A stretch of 64,000 nt of DNA from Takakia lepidozioides (GCA_030704615.1 CM060732.1:36704001-36768000), one strand, 5' to 3'. Shown: positions 12,841-25,895, counted from the stretch's first letter. Numbers and translations are program-made. Notes: generated by a model not told the origin, from the sequence alone.

Positions 12841-14460
12841 ATGGGTGTGGAGTACTACAATGTTTTGAAGGTTAGCAAAACTGCGACCGAGGATGATCTC
12901 AAGAAGGCTTATCGCAAGTTGGCTATGAAATGGCATCCCGACAAGAACCCTAACAACAAGAAAGCGGCTGAGGCCAAGTTTAAGGAGATCTCGGAGGCGT
13001 ATGAGGTGGGAGTACCGTTCTCTCTCTTTTTTTAATTCCTGTGCTATGAGTCCTTGGTCTTGTCATATGCTGTGCCCCCTCATTCTTTCAGTCCTCAGGT
13101 CCCTGTAACAGGATTGTCTGTGCCGCAGCTTTTAGGCTGGGTTCTGTCCTGTGATTAGTTCCACAAGGCTTCATGTACTGGGGAACTGCACCCTCTACAG
13201 TATGTTCTGATCCCATATGCAGCAAACAGTCAGCAAGTGCCTCCTCTCACAAAGTTGATGCCCATCTGGTTCCCAGGTGTTGAGTGATCCTCAAAAGCGA
13301 AGTATATATGACAAGTATGGAGAGGAGGGGTTGAAGGGAAACGTGCCACAGCCAAGTTCTGGAACACAAGGATTCTCCAATGGCGGGCCCGCGAATATGT
13401 ACAGATTCAACCCCCGGAACGCAGAGGACATATTTACTGAGTTTTTCGGTGGCTCGAGTCCCTTTTCTGGATTGGGAAGCATGGGAAACATGAATAGCAG
13501 GAGTGGAAGGAGCCCTTTTGGTGACGGCATGTTCGGGGGTTTTGGTGGGTCAGAAAATATGTTCCATTCATTTGGAGGGGGACAAAAATCTGAGGGACCT
13601 CGCAAGGCTGCCCCTGTTGAGAACAAGCTGCGGTGCACTCTTGAGGAGCTGTACAAAGGTTCCACCAGGAAGATGAAGATCTCCAGAAATATGGCTGATG
13701 CCAGCGGGTGTGTACCTTTACTATATTTATACCACCTTCCATCCTTTTTTATCTCATTTCTCTTGTGGATCTCTTTAATGCAATTGAGTTGTAGCTGCAA
13801 TCTTGTCTGCAGCCTCTTTTCATCCCATCTCTCTCAAAGCAATGTTGTGCTACTGGCATATGAACATGTCCCTTCAATTGAACTGGATTTGAAAGCATCC
13901 ATCTTAAGTCTATGAAAGTCCACTTCTCTCAAGGCAACTTCATGGAATGCAGTTTATGCTGCCTTTGGACTAATCTGGTATAGCTTTGAATCACAAACTG
14001 TCTGTCTGACCTCTGCCTGCGCAGCAAGACATTGCCAAAAGAGGAGATACTCACCATCGATGTGAAGCCCGGTTGGAAAAAGGGGACCAAGATTACTTTC
14101 CCGGAAAAGGGCAACGAGCAGGCTGGTGTGGTACCAGCAGATCTAGTGTTTGTTGTAGACGAGCACCCACATGATACATTCAAGCGCAATGGAAACGACC
14201 TTATTGTGGTGCAAAAAGTCTCTCTTGCTGAAGCACTCACAGGCTGCACAGCCACAGTGAAAACACTTGATGGAAGGACATTGAGCGTCCCTTGCTCAGA
14301 AATTATCTACCCTGGGTACGAGAAAATTGTGCCAAAGGAGGGCATGCCAGTTGCTAAAGAGCCCGGGAAGAAAGGGAACTTGCGCATTAAGTTTGATGTC
14401 AAGTTTCCACCGCGGCTGACGACCGATCAAAAGACAAGCATCAAAAAGATTCTGAGTTAA
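12841..14460 (+). CDS. DnaJ/Hsp40 class II (DNAJB-like); exons 12841-13005, 13277-13707, 14025-14460
   Basis: J domain with HPD (AMKWHPDKN), G/F-rich linker and C-terminal domain ([34 protein letters not shown]). Splice phases are consistent. Confidence 0.95.
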
Positions 14461-15368
14461 ACTACCATCCTGCCGGTGGGCATGGGAAGTGGCTCTCCTC
14501 CAAACGCTGCCACATGGGACTTGGATCTCCTTGTCTTGAGAGTGATGCAAAGCCACATTTTTTACGGCACTTAAGTTTCTAGTTTGTGTGTTTCTGGGCT
14601 TGCGAGTGAGAGAGAGAGGGAGGAAGAGATATTGCACTTTTTGGCCGGCTGTCAGGCTGCTCTGTGCTGCCTCCAGGCTTGATTTTCCTGTTGGTCTGCT
14701 ACACTGGACAGTTACTGCGGGGTCTGTAAGAGGATGTTGTGAACCGGCTGGTATAAAACACAGTCACCCTTCATCCACATAGTTAGATTCATATAGACAT
14801 GTTGAAATGCTGGGCCGTTGGAGGTTAGGATATCAAACATTGTATTCTGATGGATTGAAGCTAAACTTGATCAACCTATTTACCGAGCTTGCCTTGTAAG
14901 CCTTGTGTGCCTTGTCCTCTTCCCTCTTTCCTGTTGAGTGGAAATGGCTTTCAGTCCCACTATAGTGCAGTGCAGTCCAACATAGCTTCGGCCGGATTGT
15001 AGCCAATCCCATTCTCTGTTCTGGCAGATAAACTGCTATATTGATTGACAGGAAGTGATGCTGGCAACTCTTAATATCACAAATTTCAGGTGGCAACAGC
15101 AGATACGTCTCTGTTTTGAATTGGAATTCGGTTTGAAGGGGACACTGTCCTGGGTTAATTCTGGGCAGGGAGCACTTTGGATTCTACCTAGTATCCGATC
15201 ATTTGAGGGTGCCACATTGTGGCGTTTCCTGTCTAAGTGACTTAGTCCCATCTAGGTCCCTTGGCATCTTCAGTCAAGACAGTAATGTTTACCACATTTT
15301 GTGTAACTTCCTGTAAAAATTAGTTTCTGCCTGCCTCTTCCATTCCTGTACATGATCACCCCAGAGAT

Positions 15369-16561
15369 TTAGTGCCTTGTGTAATAAGTGGCTGCTGCAA
15401 CAGCCTCTGTGGAGGTCCGACTCCTGGTGAAACTGCTCTGCACAAACTTCAGAACAAGGTTTGCAAGCTCGTGCTGATGATACCGGTAATTGTGATCAGC
15501 ACCCTCTACAATTGCAAGAGCATGGGTCGGAATTCGCTTGGCAAATTCATGGGCATCTTCTACTGGCACAGTCTTGTCCACTGCACCATGGATTGTCACA
15601 ACTTGGCAGTGCTCTGGAATGGCCAAGCAAGCTGTGTGCATGTCCGTGGACAATCTCTCTTGTAAGCTCTCTTTGGTAACCCTGTACTCCACATTCCCAG
15701 CTTTATCCCGCACAACAATCACCCCTTCCTCTTCCACCTTGCGCAGCCCTTCTTCCCCACCCAGCCTCTCCCCAATGCCTGCCAGAGAGTGAGTGGAGTG
15801 GCCACAATGAGGGATGTGTTGGTGAAACTAGATTACAGTGGTAGCAAGTATCGATCCAACTCAGCTCAAAATGCTCACAGATTACCTGCCTCCAAGTCGA
15901 AGCGCCCGCTTATGTTGATGATGGTGGACACATCCCCAAATTTGGATGCATACAGCACCACAGCATTCCCTCCTTTGCTGTGGCCGATCACAGACACAAC
16001 CCTGCGGCCATTGGAGTTCCAATGGTTGACAACCGCCCTCAGATCTTCCACCTCCCTCCAGTAATTCCCGTACGCAAAGTCGCCTTCGCTTTCTCCATTG
16101 CCCGAGAAATCGAAGCGGAAGGTGCTGATGCCTGCTTCCACCAGCGCGTTGGATAGACTGCCCAACGTACTGCTTGCCTTCGAAGATCGAAAGCCATGGC
16201 AAAGAATTGAAAGCTCCTTGGATCCTCCCTCGTCAAATATACCAACCAATTTCAGGCCCGTGGGGTTTAGAATCACCACCTTCTTGCTGCTCTGAGTTTC
16301 TTGACTGCTCGGATCTGAGGTCGTTGCGATAGCGGCCCAGCCCTGCATCGATGAGCACTGCAGCTGCCTCTTGCAAAATCTCCAAGCATTCGGCAGCAGC
16401 CTGCAATTCACAGAAGGTGCAGCACCTTGAAACTCCTTCTTTGGGTAGGAAAAGTCTCTACAAACCATTGCAGAAACTGCCACACGGCGAGGAGAGATTG
16501 CAGGGAAACCATCGCATGTCCTCCGCAATGCAAACAACTCCGATGGCGTCGACATCGCCAT
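15369..16561 (-). CDS. Alpha/beta-hydrolase (esterase/lipase family), probably plastid-targeted; exons 16561-15886 and 15778-15369
   Basis: LCHGF, FRFDFSGNGESEG, nucleophile GHSKGG, IHGAVDKTVP (Asp) and EGADHNY (His). One phase-1 GT-AG intron gives EAG-IGERL. Confidence 0.92.
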
Positions 16562-17119
16562 CTTCTTCCTCTCTAATGGCTTGTTTTCAGGAACCTTTTA
16601 GGGCTATTCGTAGTGTATGGAATGCTGGATTGGAATTTGTTCCTGCATTGCAATGTTTGCATCCGACGTGTCCAGCACACACGAATTCTACGCCATAAAT
16701 TTCTGTTTGAGTTTGAAGTTGATTGGAGGGAGTGATTATGAGAAGCTGACCATGGATCGCAGCAGTAGCAGCGAGTATACAAAGATCGAAGACCACGCAA
16801 GGCATGAATCTAAGGGCGTTGACACGGCACACATAAAAGTAGAGCTGTATCTATTTTATTTGTTGACGATGAAGCTGCGGGCTACCACACGGCCGGACAT
16901 ACTGTGGAGCTCCAGATTCCATGGCGGTGCATATGCTCTCCTGTCAGTCCCTTGGATGAAAAGCATAGGGTTGTTGGACATTAATTATGACAGGGACTAT
17001 CTTTGGTTATATGATTGTCCTACATTAACAGTCACGAGATAAGCCAACCTGAAAACTGAGCTGGCTGATGTGAGGTCTTGTGAGATGGATCGGCTATACA
17101 CCTATTGAGATTTCTTTTA

Positions 17120-17766
17120 ATTGTTGGATGGTCGAGCGTCAAACTTTATTAATAAAGTATAGAAAGTTTGAAAAGTGGGTAATGCAAGAGTTGAGAACCC
17201 ATAGTCAACCTACTGCAAGTTGCTATACAAGAAGCCACCAGTCACTAAAATGCATGGTGAGTGTCACTAAATCAAGTGGAATAAAGGGGACCGATAGTAA
17301 CACTTGCCTCTATGAACTTCTCTGCACCCTCCGCCGCCTTGTCTTTCCCTCTTGCAGCCACTTTGATCCTACCTGCCATACCTGGCCCGACCCCCAACAT
17401 AACAAACAACTACTCACGTTGGCTCTGGCTCTCAAACCACTAGTGAGACACGCTACTAGTGCCTGTGTCAGCATGTTGAAGACACAAGTTACAAGCAACT
17501 AGTCAATTGCTTCTCACCGGACCGACATATTAGTGGAAGTATCTAGAAAGTGGAACTATGTAGAAAGTCAACTAGAACTAGAACTATCTAGAAAGCCCAC
17601 GCTAGAAAGTCAATCCTTAATTTTTGGACCCTTCATTTCATTAAATAATACAAGTGGCCTTAATACATTGGCCCCCTCTTTTAACTCCTGGACCACGCTA
17701 ATTCTTGGACCACTCTAGAATTAACCGGGCCGAATGAAACTTATCTACATATTCTCATGTCCAATA
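17120..17766 (-). repeat. LTR-like segment related to 33400-34025
   Basis: 17620-17766 and 33870-34025 share ttttttggaccc...cttaataca...taattcYtggaccactctagaat...gaaact...acatatt. Left boundary is approximate. Confidence 0.4.
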
Positions 17767-18260
17767 AGAGTGCCGCATGTGAATCTCCAGATTAGCCTCT
17801 CCCGATTATTTAAATGAAGAGATGTTTTGGTGCACAAACTGGTGTAGTGGATGTGTGAAGAACACTGGATGAAACCGTGTTGATGCTTTGCTACGTGCAA
17901 CGATTGGCTTCGATTGTATGTGTGCTCTGCAATAGATCCTCCCCTGTTAGCTTGGCAAAGTTCTATGGCTTACAATCCCCTATGCATGTCTTAACCCGTA
18001 AAAGACGAGAGCATATCCTTGCGTCGGGATTCTTGGTGGAGATGGGGGGCATTGAAATCTAACGGCCCTGGTGTCCTGTTAATGATAACCTAGGTTCGGT
18101 GTGGCTATGGTGGAAAGGCGGCTGTACGGGAAATCTAGAAAGATGGCAGCGCAATCCACTATGTTCAATCATTTGTCCCTCCTGATGTATGTTGTTTCTA
18201 CTGATTTTGTGTGTCTTGTGTCTTCATGCTTTGTGAGTGAACATTGTGCAAACAGCGGCC

Positions 18261-19140
18261 ATGGCTTCCAGTTCGAATGATGCTGCTTCGTTTGAGATTG
18301 ACGACGATTCGTTTGAAGCTGTCTTTCTGAGTGTTGTGCATGATACTGCGTCCCCTGAAGTGCTAAGACCTTACGAAGGAGAACCGCCAGTGAAGGGAGA
18401 CGCGGAGATTCCACTTGATGTGCCCTATTGGATAGAGAAATTTGAGCAGACGGCCGTTGATGAAGCTCGCAAGACCGTGAATTCTGAAGGAGAAAAACGC
18501 GAGCGGAGTCCAGATCCACGTATGTGCCTCCGACTTATCACAATCTCTGCACAGGATTGCTAGAAGATGCCAGCGAAGATTGCTGAAGCTAAGCAGGGTG
18601 CGTTTGCTGGCAGACTTCTGCAAAAGCTGCATGAAAAAAAAAATCGCCAAGCGCTTACCTCGGGAGGTCATCCGTGAGCGACTTGGCCAGGGCGAGCTGC
18701 TCACTTGGCCACAGATTGGAGTGCCTAAGTTTGTTGTCACGCAAGATTGCACCAACAACCTTGAGAGCTTTCTGCACCCGAAGGTTCCTAGTGGCTATCG
18801 CTTTTGGGAGCTTGTCCGAGGTGGGAGTGCAACGGCGCTGACAAACATACGCCCTGCCTGGACTGCCGATCAGCCTGCTGATGATTTTTCGTGGGAACAA
18901 TCCATTACTGGCGTCCGACAGCACTTATTTCGCCTCTCTGCACAGGACATTGTGATTTTTCCTGGCAAAACCTTTAATCAAGATAAGGTTGGGCTCTGTC
19001 AAGTCCAGACTCATGTTGACAAATATCCGTTGCACTCCCTGGTAGTCAAGGAGAGGGTAGTGCGCACGGTGACTCGTGTTGCATTAAGTGGCTCAGTCAC
19101 TCTGGCATCTGCAGGGCGAAGCTGTGTATCTCAGTTATAA
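18261..19140 (+). pseudogene. Extra ORF of unknown function upstream of gag, frameshifted
   Basis: Two long frames (18261-18563, 18580-19140) directly 5' of gag on the same strand; no domain recognised. Confidence 0.45.
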
Positions 19141-21049
19141 TCATCGTTTCATCTCTTCCTACACCATCACGGATTGGGAGAAATGAATACTGCATCCCAG
19201 TGACAGGTGTCTTCAATTGTGTATCTTAGTGGATGTTGACCAGGCGTCGTGCTAAACTGTTAGAGTCTGAGAGTGCTAAGATGAGTGAATGGAAGGAAGG
19301 GATAGATGAGATCTTTGGTGATGATTCCGTTCCTGGTCCTGAGACGCAACCTGCTGCGACATCAAGAGGCATCAATCATCCGGACGGTTTGGACTTATAA
19401 GATCTTTGTGATGCCATGAAAACTATCTCTGATTATCCCGCTCTGTTGGAACTCTTGTTGAACAAACAAACCAATTCTACACAAACCGTTGCTAAACCTC
19501 ATGAATTCAAACCTGTCAAACAGCCCTACCCAGAGTTTAAGCTGGGTGACCATTTTGATAATTTTTTGAGGTTCTTTGAATTAAGCATGAAGATGAATGT
19601 TGTGCCAGCGGACTTTATTTCCAGCACATTTAGGTTTTGTTTGAAAGGAGAGGCTCAGATTCTGTTTTAAGCTAGTATCCAGGATGTGGGAGAGATCTCC
19701 TGGAAGACGGCCAAAGAATTGGCTCATCAGCTGTTTCAGGAGATTAAACCCACGCACTATGCCATTCCTGAAAGAAAGTTTTGCATAGGAGAAAGTGTGT
19801 GGAAGTACTATGCAAAAATCAGGACTTCAGTATGCAAGGCAGTACCAGTGGTGGCTGAGAGACCTTTGGCCACCAAGATTTCTTTCATCAAAGGGTTACC
19901 ACCAGCTGAACAAGTGTTCTTGGAGAAAAGCTCATACAAAACGGACAAGGAGATGGTTCAGCTCATTGAGGAAAGAGCTCGCATCAAGGCAACAAAGAGG
20001 GGTTTAGCTCCTACCAAAAGGTCTCAGGTCATATCACATGATGTTGATGCATGTACTGGTACTGATGGGGATGAGGGCTACCTAGAATTGTTGCCTGCTG
20101 TTGAGAGAAATGTGCAGGATACTGTAAAGATAGAGCTGCAGGCTTTCAAAGTTGAAAGTCAGTGGCGGACTACTGATGATGGTGAAAGGAAGGCAGGTCA
20201 TAGAGGTCGAACCAATACTGGTTCAGGTTATCAGGAACGGGCAGCCTGCCTAATCTGTAAGAGCACTGAGCACTGGACCAGGTTTTGCCCCATGCAGCCA
20301 GACTTACCTGCCATCTATGAGCAATGGAAGGAGATCAAAAGGATAAGGGTGCTTTAAACGAGTAAGGTCATCTGCTAAGGAAGGGCCAGGTGATCACAGG
20401 TGTAGACCTTCTAAACCCTCAGCTACTTTGCTTGTGTCCACCAATTTCAAGTTGCTCCATACTGAGGTGTTGAAAACCAAGAATAGAGAGCGTATTCACC
20501 CCTTGATGACACAGTGTCATATTGGTCACTTGTCTTTTCAATATGTCATAGACACGGGCTGTACAATATCTGCCATTCCTTTGCATGTGGTTCAAGTTCT
20601 GGGTTTAAAAATGTCTCCAGCCAAGGGTATTCAGGTCACCATAGCTGATTGGTACCAGCTATGAACCCCTTGGTTTAGTTAGTGTGCCAGTAAAAATTAG
20701 TCGCAAAGTTGTCATCATCACATGAATTGTAACCATGGGCGAACAACTACTTTTGGGGTTAGATTGGATGTCTGACGCCATGGCTACCATTGATCTCTAT
20801 ACTAATGTTATGACCTTGAGGGCTGGTGAAGGTGGCAGCTACAAAGTTAATTTGAATCAGATCCCTATCCTGGTAGACAGTGGGACCAGACATCTTGCTT
20901 GCATGAAGGCTGTCTCACGTGAAGTCAGGCAACAGGCAGGAGACACATACAACTGGACTCGATTTCTTTGGTTTTCAAAGCAACCCAACGATGCTTTTAC
21001 ACCAGTGGCACATACCTGCTGTTGGCTGCAAGACTGGTGCTCCCATGCC

Positions 21050-21310
21050 TCTCGAGGGTGACACCCTTATTCTTAGAGCCCCTGCTAATGTTCAATTACC
21101 TGCTATGTCTCAAGTCATTGTGTCTACAGGCCTTGCCTTCATCTGCCCACAAGGCAAATACCTTGAAATTGAGGGTTGGAAACGCCTGTCATTGCAAAAC
21201 ATTGCTTGGTTGCATCAGGGCTTTTGGACAGAGGTTTTAGGGGTCATGTTCGCATTCTGATTGCCAATCCAGAGCGTATGCATGTCACCATTAAGAAGGG
21301 TCAAGTGCTG
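21050..21310 (+). pseudogene. Trimeric dUTPase-like domain between protease and RT
   Basis: LPAMSQVIVSTGLAFICPQGKYLEI, frameshift near 21175, then IAKHCLVASGLLDRGFRGHVRILIANPERMHVTIKKGQ. By eye this aligns with the dUTPase core, including the motif III pattern GxIDxDYRG. Confidence 0.8.
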
Positions 21311-22819
21311 GAAGATGATCCTCTGGATGGTCTGATTGCTATGACCAGTTTAGCTGCAGCCCCAACAAGTCACAACCTCACTACTGAGCAAGAAGCTCAC
21401 TTACAATAGGTATTGGCTGAGATTAAGGTGGGTGAACTGACTGATTCTCAGCAAGCTCAATTACATCTGCTGCTCAAAAGAAACTTGGACATATTTAGCA
21501 AAGGTTCACATGACCTGGGCTGAACAAAGATACTTAAGCATGAAATTATTACTGAAGGAAAACCAGTCAAACAATATGCTTACAGAGAATCTGTCCGTGA
21601 AAGAGCAATATTCAAGAAGAAATTAGGAAGATGTTGGATTACGGAGTGATAAAACCTTCTGTTTCCCCCTAGGCTAGTCCCATTGTGCTTTTGGGCAAGA
21701 AAGATGGCACCACACGCTTCTGTGTGGACTTTTGAAGGTTGAATGCCATGACTAAAAATGATCTCTATCCCCTGCCACGTATCAACGAGACCCTAGACCA
21801 ACTTAATGGGGCAACTATATTTTCTTCCCTTGATTTAGCCTCTGGGTTCTGGCAAGTTCCACTGACGGAGGACTCCAAAGAAAAGACTGCATTTACCTGC
21901 AGGTATGGTCTGTTTCAGTACGAAACCATGCCGTTTGGGCTTTGTAATGCCACTGCTACATTCCAACGGCTCATGGACGTGGTCCTTGGTAATTTAAGAT
22001 GGGAATGTGCTCTTGTATATGTAGATGACATCAATATTTATTCCAACAGCTTTGCATCTCACCTTTTGGACCTACAAAGAGTAATGAGCAGGTTACGAAG
22101 TGCTGGACTTAAAGTTAAGGCAAAGAAATGTGATTTTTGTATGCTGGAGTTGCGCTTTTTGGGACACGTTCTTTGTGGGGATGGCATCAAACCTGACTTA
22201 ACCAAAGTCCAGGCAGTTTGGGATTTTCCTATCCTGAAGGACAAACATTGTGTAAGAGCATTCTTAGGCCTTGCATCTTATTATAGAAGGTTCATCCTTC
22301 AGTTTGCGAAGCTAGCGGGTCCCTTGTTTTACTTGCTTTGCAAAGATGTAAAATTTCAGTGGGGTAAAGTAGAGGCGTTGGCCTTTGAGAGACTCAAGAT
22401 AGCCTTGACTTCTGCTCCTATACTCATATTTCATGATTTCTCCATTCCCTTTCTGTTGCAGACTGATGCTAGTGACCTAGCTGTTTCAGCCATCCTAAGC
22501 CAGAAGAAGGATGGTCGTGAGCATGTTGTTGCTTATGCATCTAGAAGGCTCGATAAGCATGAAAGAAATTATAGCATTACAGATAAGGAAGGCCTAGCAG
22601 TTATCTTTGGTATCAAGCACTTCCGTCAGTATTTGCATGGTTGTTATTTTACTGTTGAGACTGACCACCTGCCTCTCAAAGCCTTGAAATCTCCACGTGA
22701 ATTATCAGTTCCATGGGGCATAGAGATTACGCAACCACAGTGGATTCAAGCATAAGCCTATAGTACACCAAGGGTTTGAATATGACATTGTATATAAAAA
22801 GGGCAAAGAAAATGGTCGA

Positions 22820-25262
22820 CAAGAGGGGAAACAAAGGTTCCCACCTCTTACTCTTCTCTTGATGATTTGATTGCTATACTATACCTCATCACCCACCGAG
22901 AATTTCAATGTTACCAATGCATATACTCAAAGCTGCCCTGTAATTGTCTCTCCTGACCCTGCCACACAACCCACTATTACCCATATTTCCACAGTGGTTA
23001 CTCGACACTCTACCAACTCGCACCTGCCCCATCCCAACCCCGTTTATACCCCCTTGCACCTCAGATACAGCGCCACCATCCCACTTCCACATGCACACTA
23101 CCCACCACCATTCACCTGTCGTTCAAAATAGTAATTCCAGCATGCCGCAGTCCTCAACCACCCACTATCCTACCACTTCGCATATCATTTATGTTGTCAT
23201 CGTCGCCTGGTTATACCCAGCAAGGATCCAAGCACTCCCACACAGCCCTCCACCCACCTATCACTGAAGACTTCTGTAGTGCCAGGCAGCCCCCTTGCTT
23301 CCTCACTGAGCAATGCCCACACCTCCACTATCTCCCTCTTGTATACTTGCCCCCTCGCTTCATCAGCGCACACCCACCACCCTTCCCGCGCGGGCATGGT
23401 ATATATTGCCATCCCATGCACCACTCCCCCGCCCCCTCAATACCCTCATACTCCACGGTCGCCACCTGCCTGACCTTTCCCATTAAATTATATCCCCCCC
23501 TTACAAAAATCGAACTACATCCTACCTCCATAACCCCATCTCCCGGCTACCTTTACCCAAAAATAAACGTACCCAACGGCTCTCCCCCTTATATCGCCCC
23601 TCCCCACTTGACACCTGCTCCCCCAGCCCATCAGGGATTATCCAACATTAATAATAAAAAATAAACATATTACCATAATACTACTTATTCCATATAAGTC
23701 CCCCTGCTCTCATACCCCCCCTTTTCATCCTATCCAGGATGGACCTCATCCACTACTCATACATATACTCACCCCACCCCCTAATTACCCCTACACCAAA
23801 ATAAACGTATCTATCTATCATCAATGTATAACACCCTTACCCGACACCTGGTCTCCCCACCCATCGCAGCAAATACAAACCCCCAATCATAATCCACCCT
23901 CTTTACCCCTCTTTAAATCTCAAAACCCAATCTATTCTGACAGCCCCATATTCTAGTTATATCTACCCCAAATTCTATATACCTAACGGCCCCGCCCCCT
24001 CAATACTCTCCTACTCCACGGTGTCCACCTGCCTGACCCTTCCCATTAAATTATATCCCCCCCCTTACAAAAATCGAACTACATCCTACCTCCATAACCC
24101 CATATCCCGGCTACCTTTACCCAAAAATAAACATACCCAACGGCTCTCCCCCTTATATCGCCCCTCCCCACTTAACACCTGCTCCCCCAACCCCTCAAGG
24201 ATTATCCAACATCAATAATAAAAATAAACATATTACCATAATACTGCTTATTCCATATAAGCCCCCCTGCTCATCCCCCCCATTTTCACCCTATCCCGGA
24301 TGGACCCCATCCACTACTCATACAGATATTCACCCCATCCCCTAATTACCTCTATGCCGAAATAAATCCTTGCCAATATAAACACCTTGCCCCCACTAGC
24401 TCCACGATTACATACTTCATTACCCATACAGATTTACCCAACCTCGACACACTCCCTGTACATTCTCGTGACACTCTTAACTACATAAACACACATCCCC
24501 AACACTACCTCCTAAACACATTGCCCTCATGGCCGGTATCAACTACAAGTCCTGGCATCCAAGCACTCTCTTCACCACCCCCCATCGCACCACACCAAAT
24601 TCACTCTAACATGCGCACTACTCATACTTATGAGATGCGGTGACATCCATCCAAACCCCCGCCCGAATAACATCAACAATATTATTCATGACCTCCCTAC
24701 TGACCCCCAAGACAGATATGCGTTATACTTTCAACCCAACACTGTCTCACTCAAACCAGCATATCAAACATTTATACGACCACTTCATGCCCTCTATCAC
24801 CTCATCTTCCGTTCACGCCACAACTAAATATCCACCAGGGAAGCCAACAAACAAGTTGTTGCATCAATAAGCCACACTAAAGTTCATATCCAAAAATGGA
24901 CACAATCCAATGTGCTCCACCATAAACTATCAACGCACTTCTGGAATACCAAAATCACCACAGACGCACAAATACGACAAACCCTCAAATTTAGATACGC
25001 CCAGTACATGGGACATCAACGCAAACACATTTTCTGGCCACAATTTTATCCATCTCCGTATTGCCCACTCTGCTCAAACACACACCAAGAACGTGACACC
25101 TGGCCACATCTACTTAGCCAATGTACACACCCTACCATACACGGCCTCCGCATTACCCGTCACAACCACGCAATCTGGCATATCCACAAATTGTTTCTTA
25201 GCCGTACCGAAACCAGATGGTACACACTTCTAAACGTAGGCACATACCAAGGCCGCCCACCC
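22820..25262 (+). mobile_element. Internally deleted non-LTR retrotransposon remnant, RLE-type (Dualen/RandI-like C-terminus)
   Basis: LKFRYAQY...CPLCSNTHQERDTWPHLLSQC...RHNHA at 24912-25260, the CCHC plus RHN motif that precedes restriction-like endonucleases. LLILMRCGDIHPNP at 24618-24660. The + strand is strongly C/A-rich. Confidence 0.65.
23427..24367 (+). repeat. Diverged direct duplication of about 380 bp (23427-23805 and 23988-24367)
   Basis: Both copies run cccgccccctcaatac...cccattaaattatatcccccc...ttacccaaaaataaac...aataataaaa...ctaattacc. Confidence 0.9.
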
Positions 25263-25895
25263 TGTCAAGGACGAGAACATGACTGAACACAAACAAGAGA
25301 TCAGACTAGAGGTACAAGACTAGGCAAGAAGGCAAGGTCGGTGTGGCCGTATGCATGATGAGTAAATAGGAATCAAGATGATCTTTATAACAATGAACAA
25401 GGGTACAAGATATTGGAACACGACTTGAATATTGGAAATGCTGGAAACTGGACTGGAGTACTAGATACTGGAAACTGGGCTAGGGTACTGAGAACTGGAC
25501 TGGAGTACTGGGAACTGGAAACAAGAATAGCTTGAACTGATGTTGGCGAGACTGAAGAGTGTCTAGTCTCGTATCCTATATATACTGGCTACTAAGAAGC
25601 TTCCCTAAGAAGCTCCCCCTATGGAGGTTGCTTGTTGGAGAAGTTTCCAAGATTAAACAAAGGTTTCTTGATGGAGAAACTTCCTTAAACAAAGGAGGTA
25701 TCTTGATGGAGAAGTTTCCTCCAAAGGAAGCTTCATGAGCAGTTTCCCAAGTTACTCTTGATAATTTGGTAAACTCCCAGTAACTTGGTAAGTCATGATA
25801 AATCATGGTAAATCATGATAACTTCCGGTAACATGGTAACTTGGTAACTTCTGGTATTTACTCCTGGTAAGTTCTTCTGGGCTATGTCCGTGACA
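25263..25895 (-). repeat. 3' LTR of the minus-strand chromovirus
   Basis: TGTCA...TGACA termini; polypurine tract GGAGGGGTGA directly adjacent on the minus strand (25896-25905). Confidence 0.85.

Larger units (their letters stand above)
18100..22818 (+). mobile_element. Degenerate Ty3/gypsy LTR retrotransposon: extra ORF, gag, protease, dUTPase-like, RT, RNase H; truncated before integrase
   Basis: Gag 19281-20357 with knuckle CLICKSTEHWTRFC; protease VIDTGCT and LLLGLDWM; RT YPLPRI, LDLASGFWQV, MPFGL, YVDD; RNase H TDASD and EGLAVIFG. Many stops and frameshifts. Left boundary is approximate. Confidence 0.93.
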
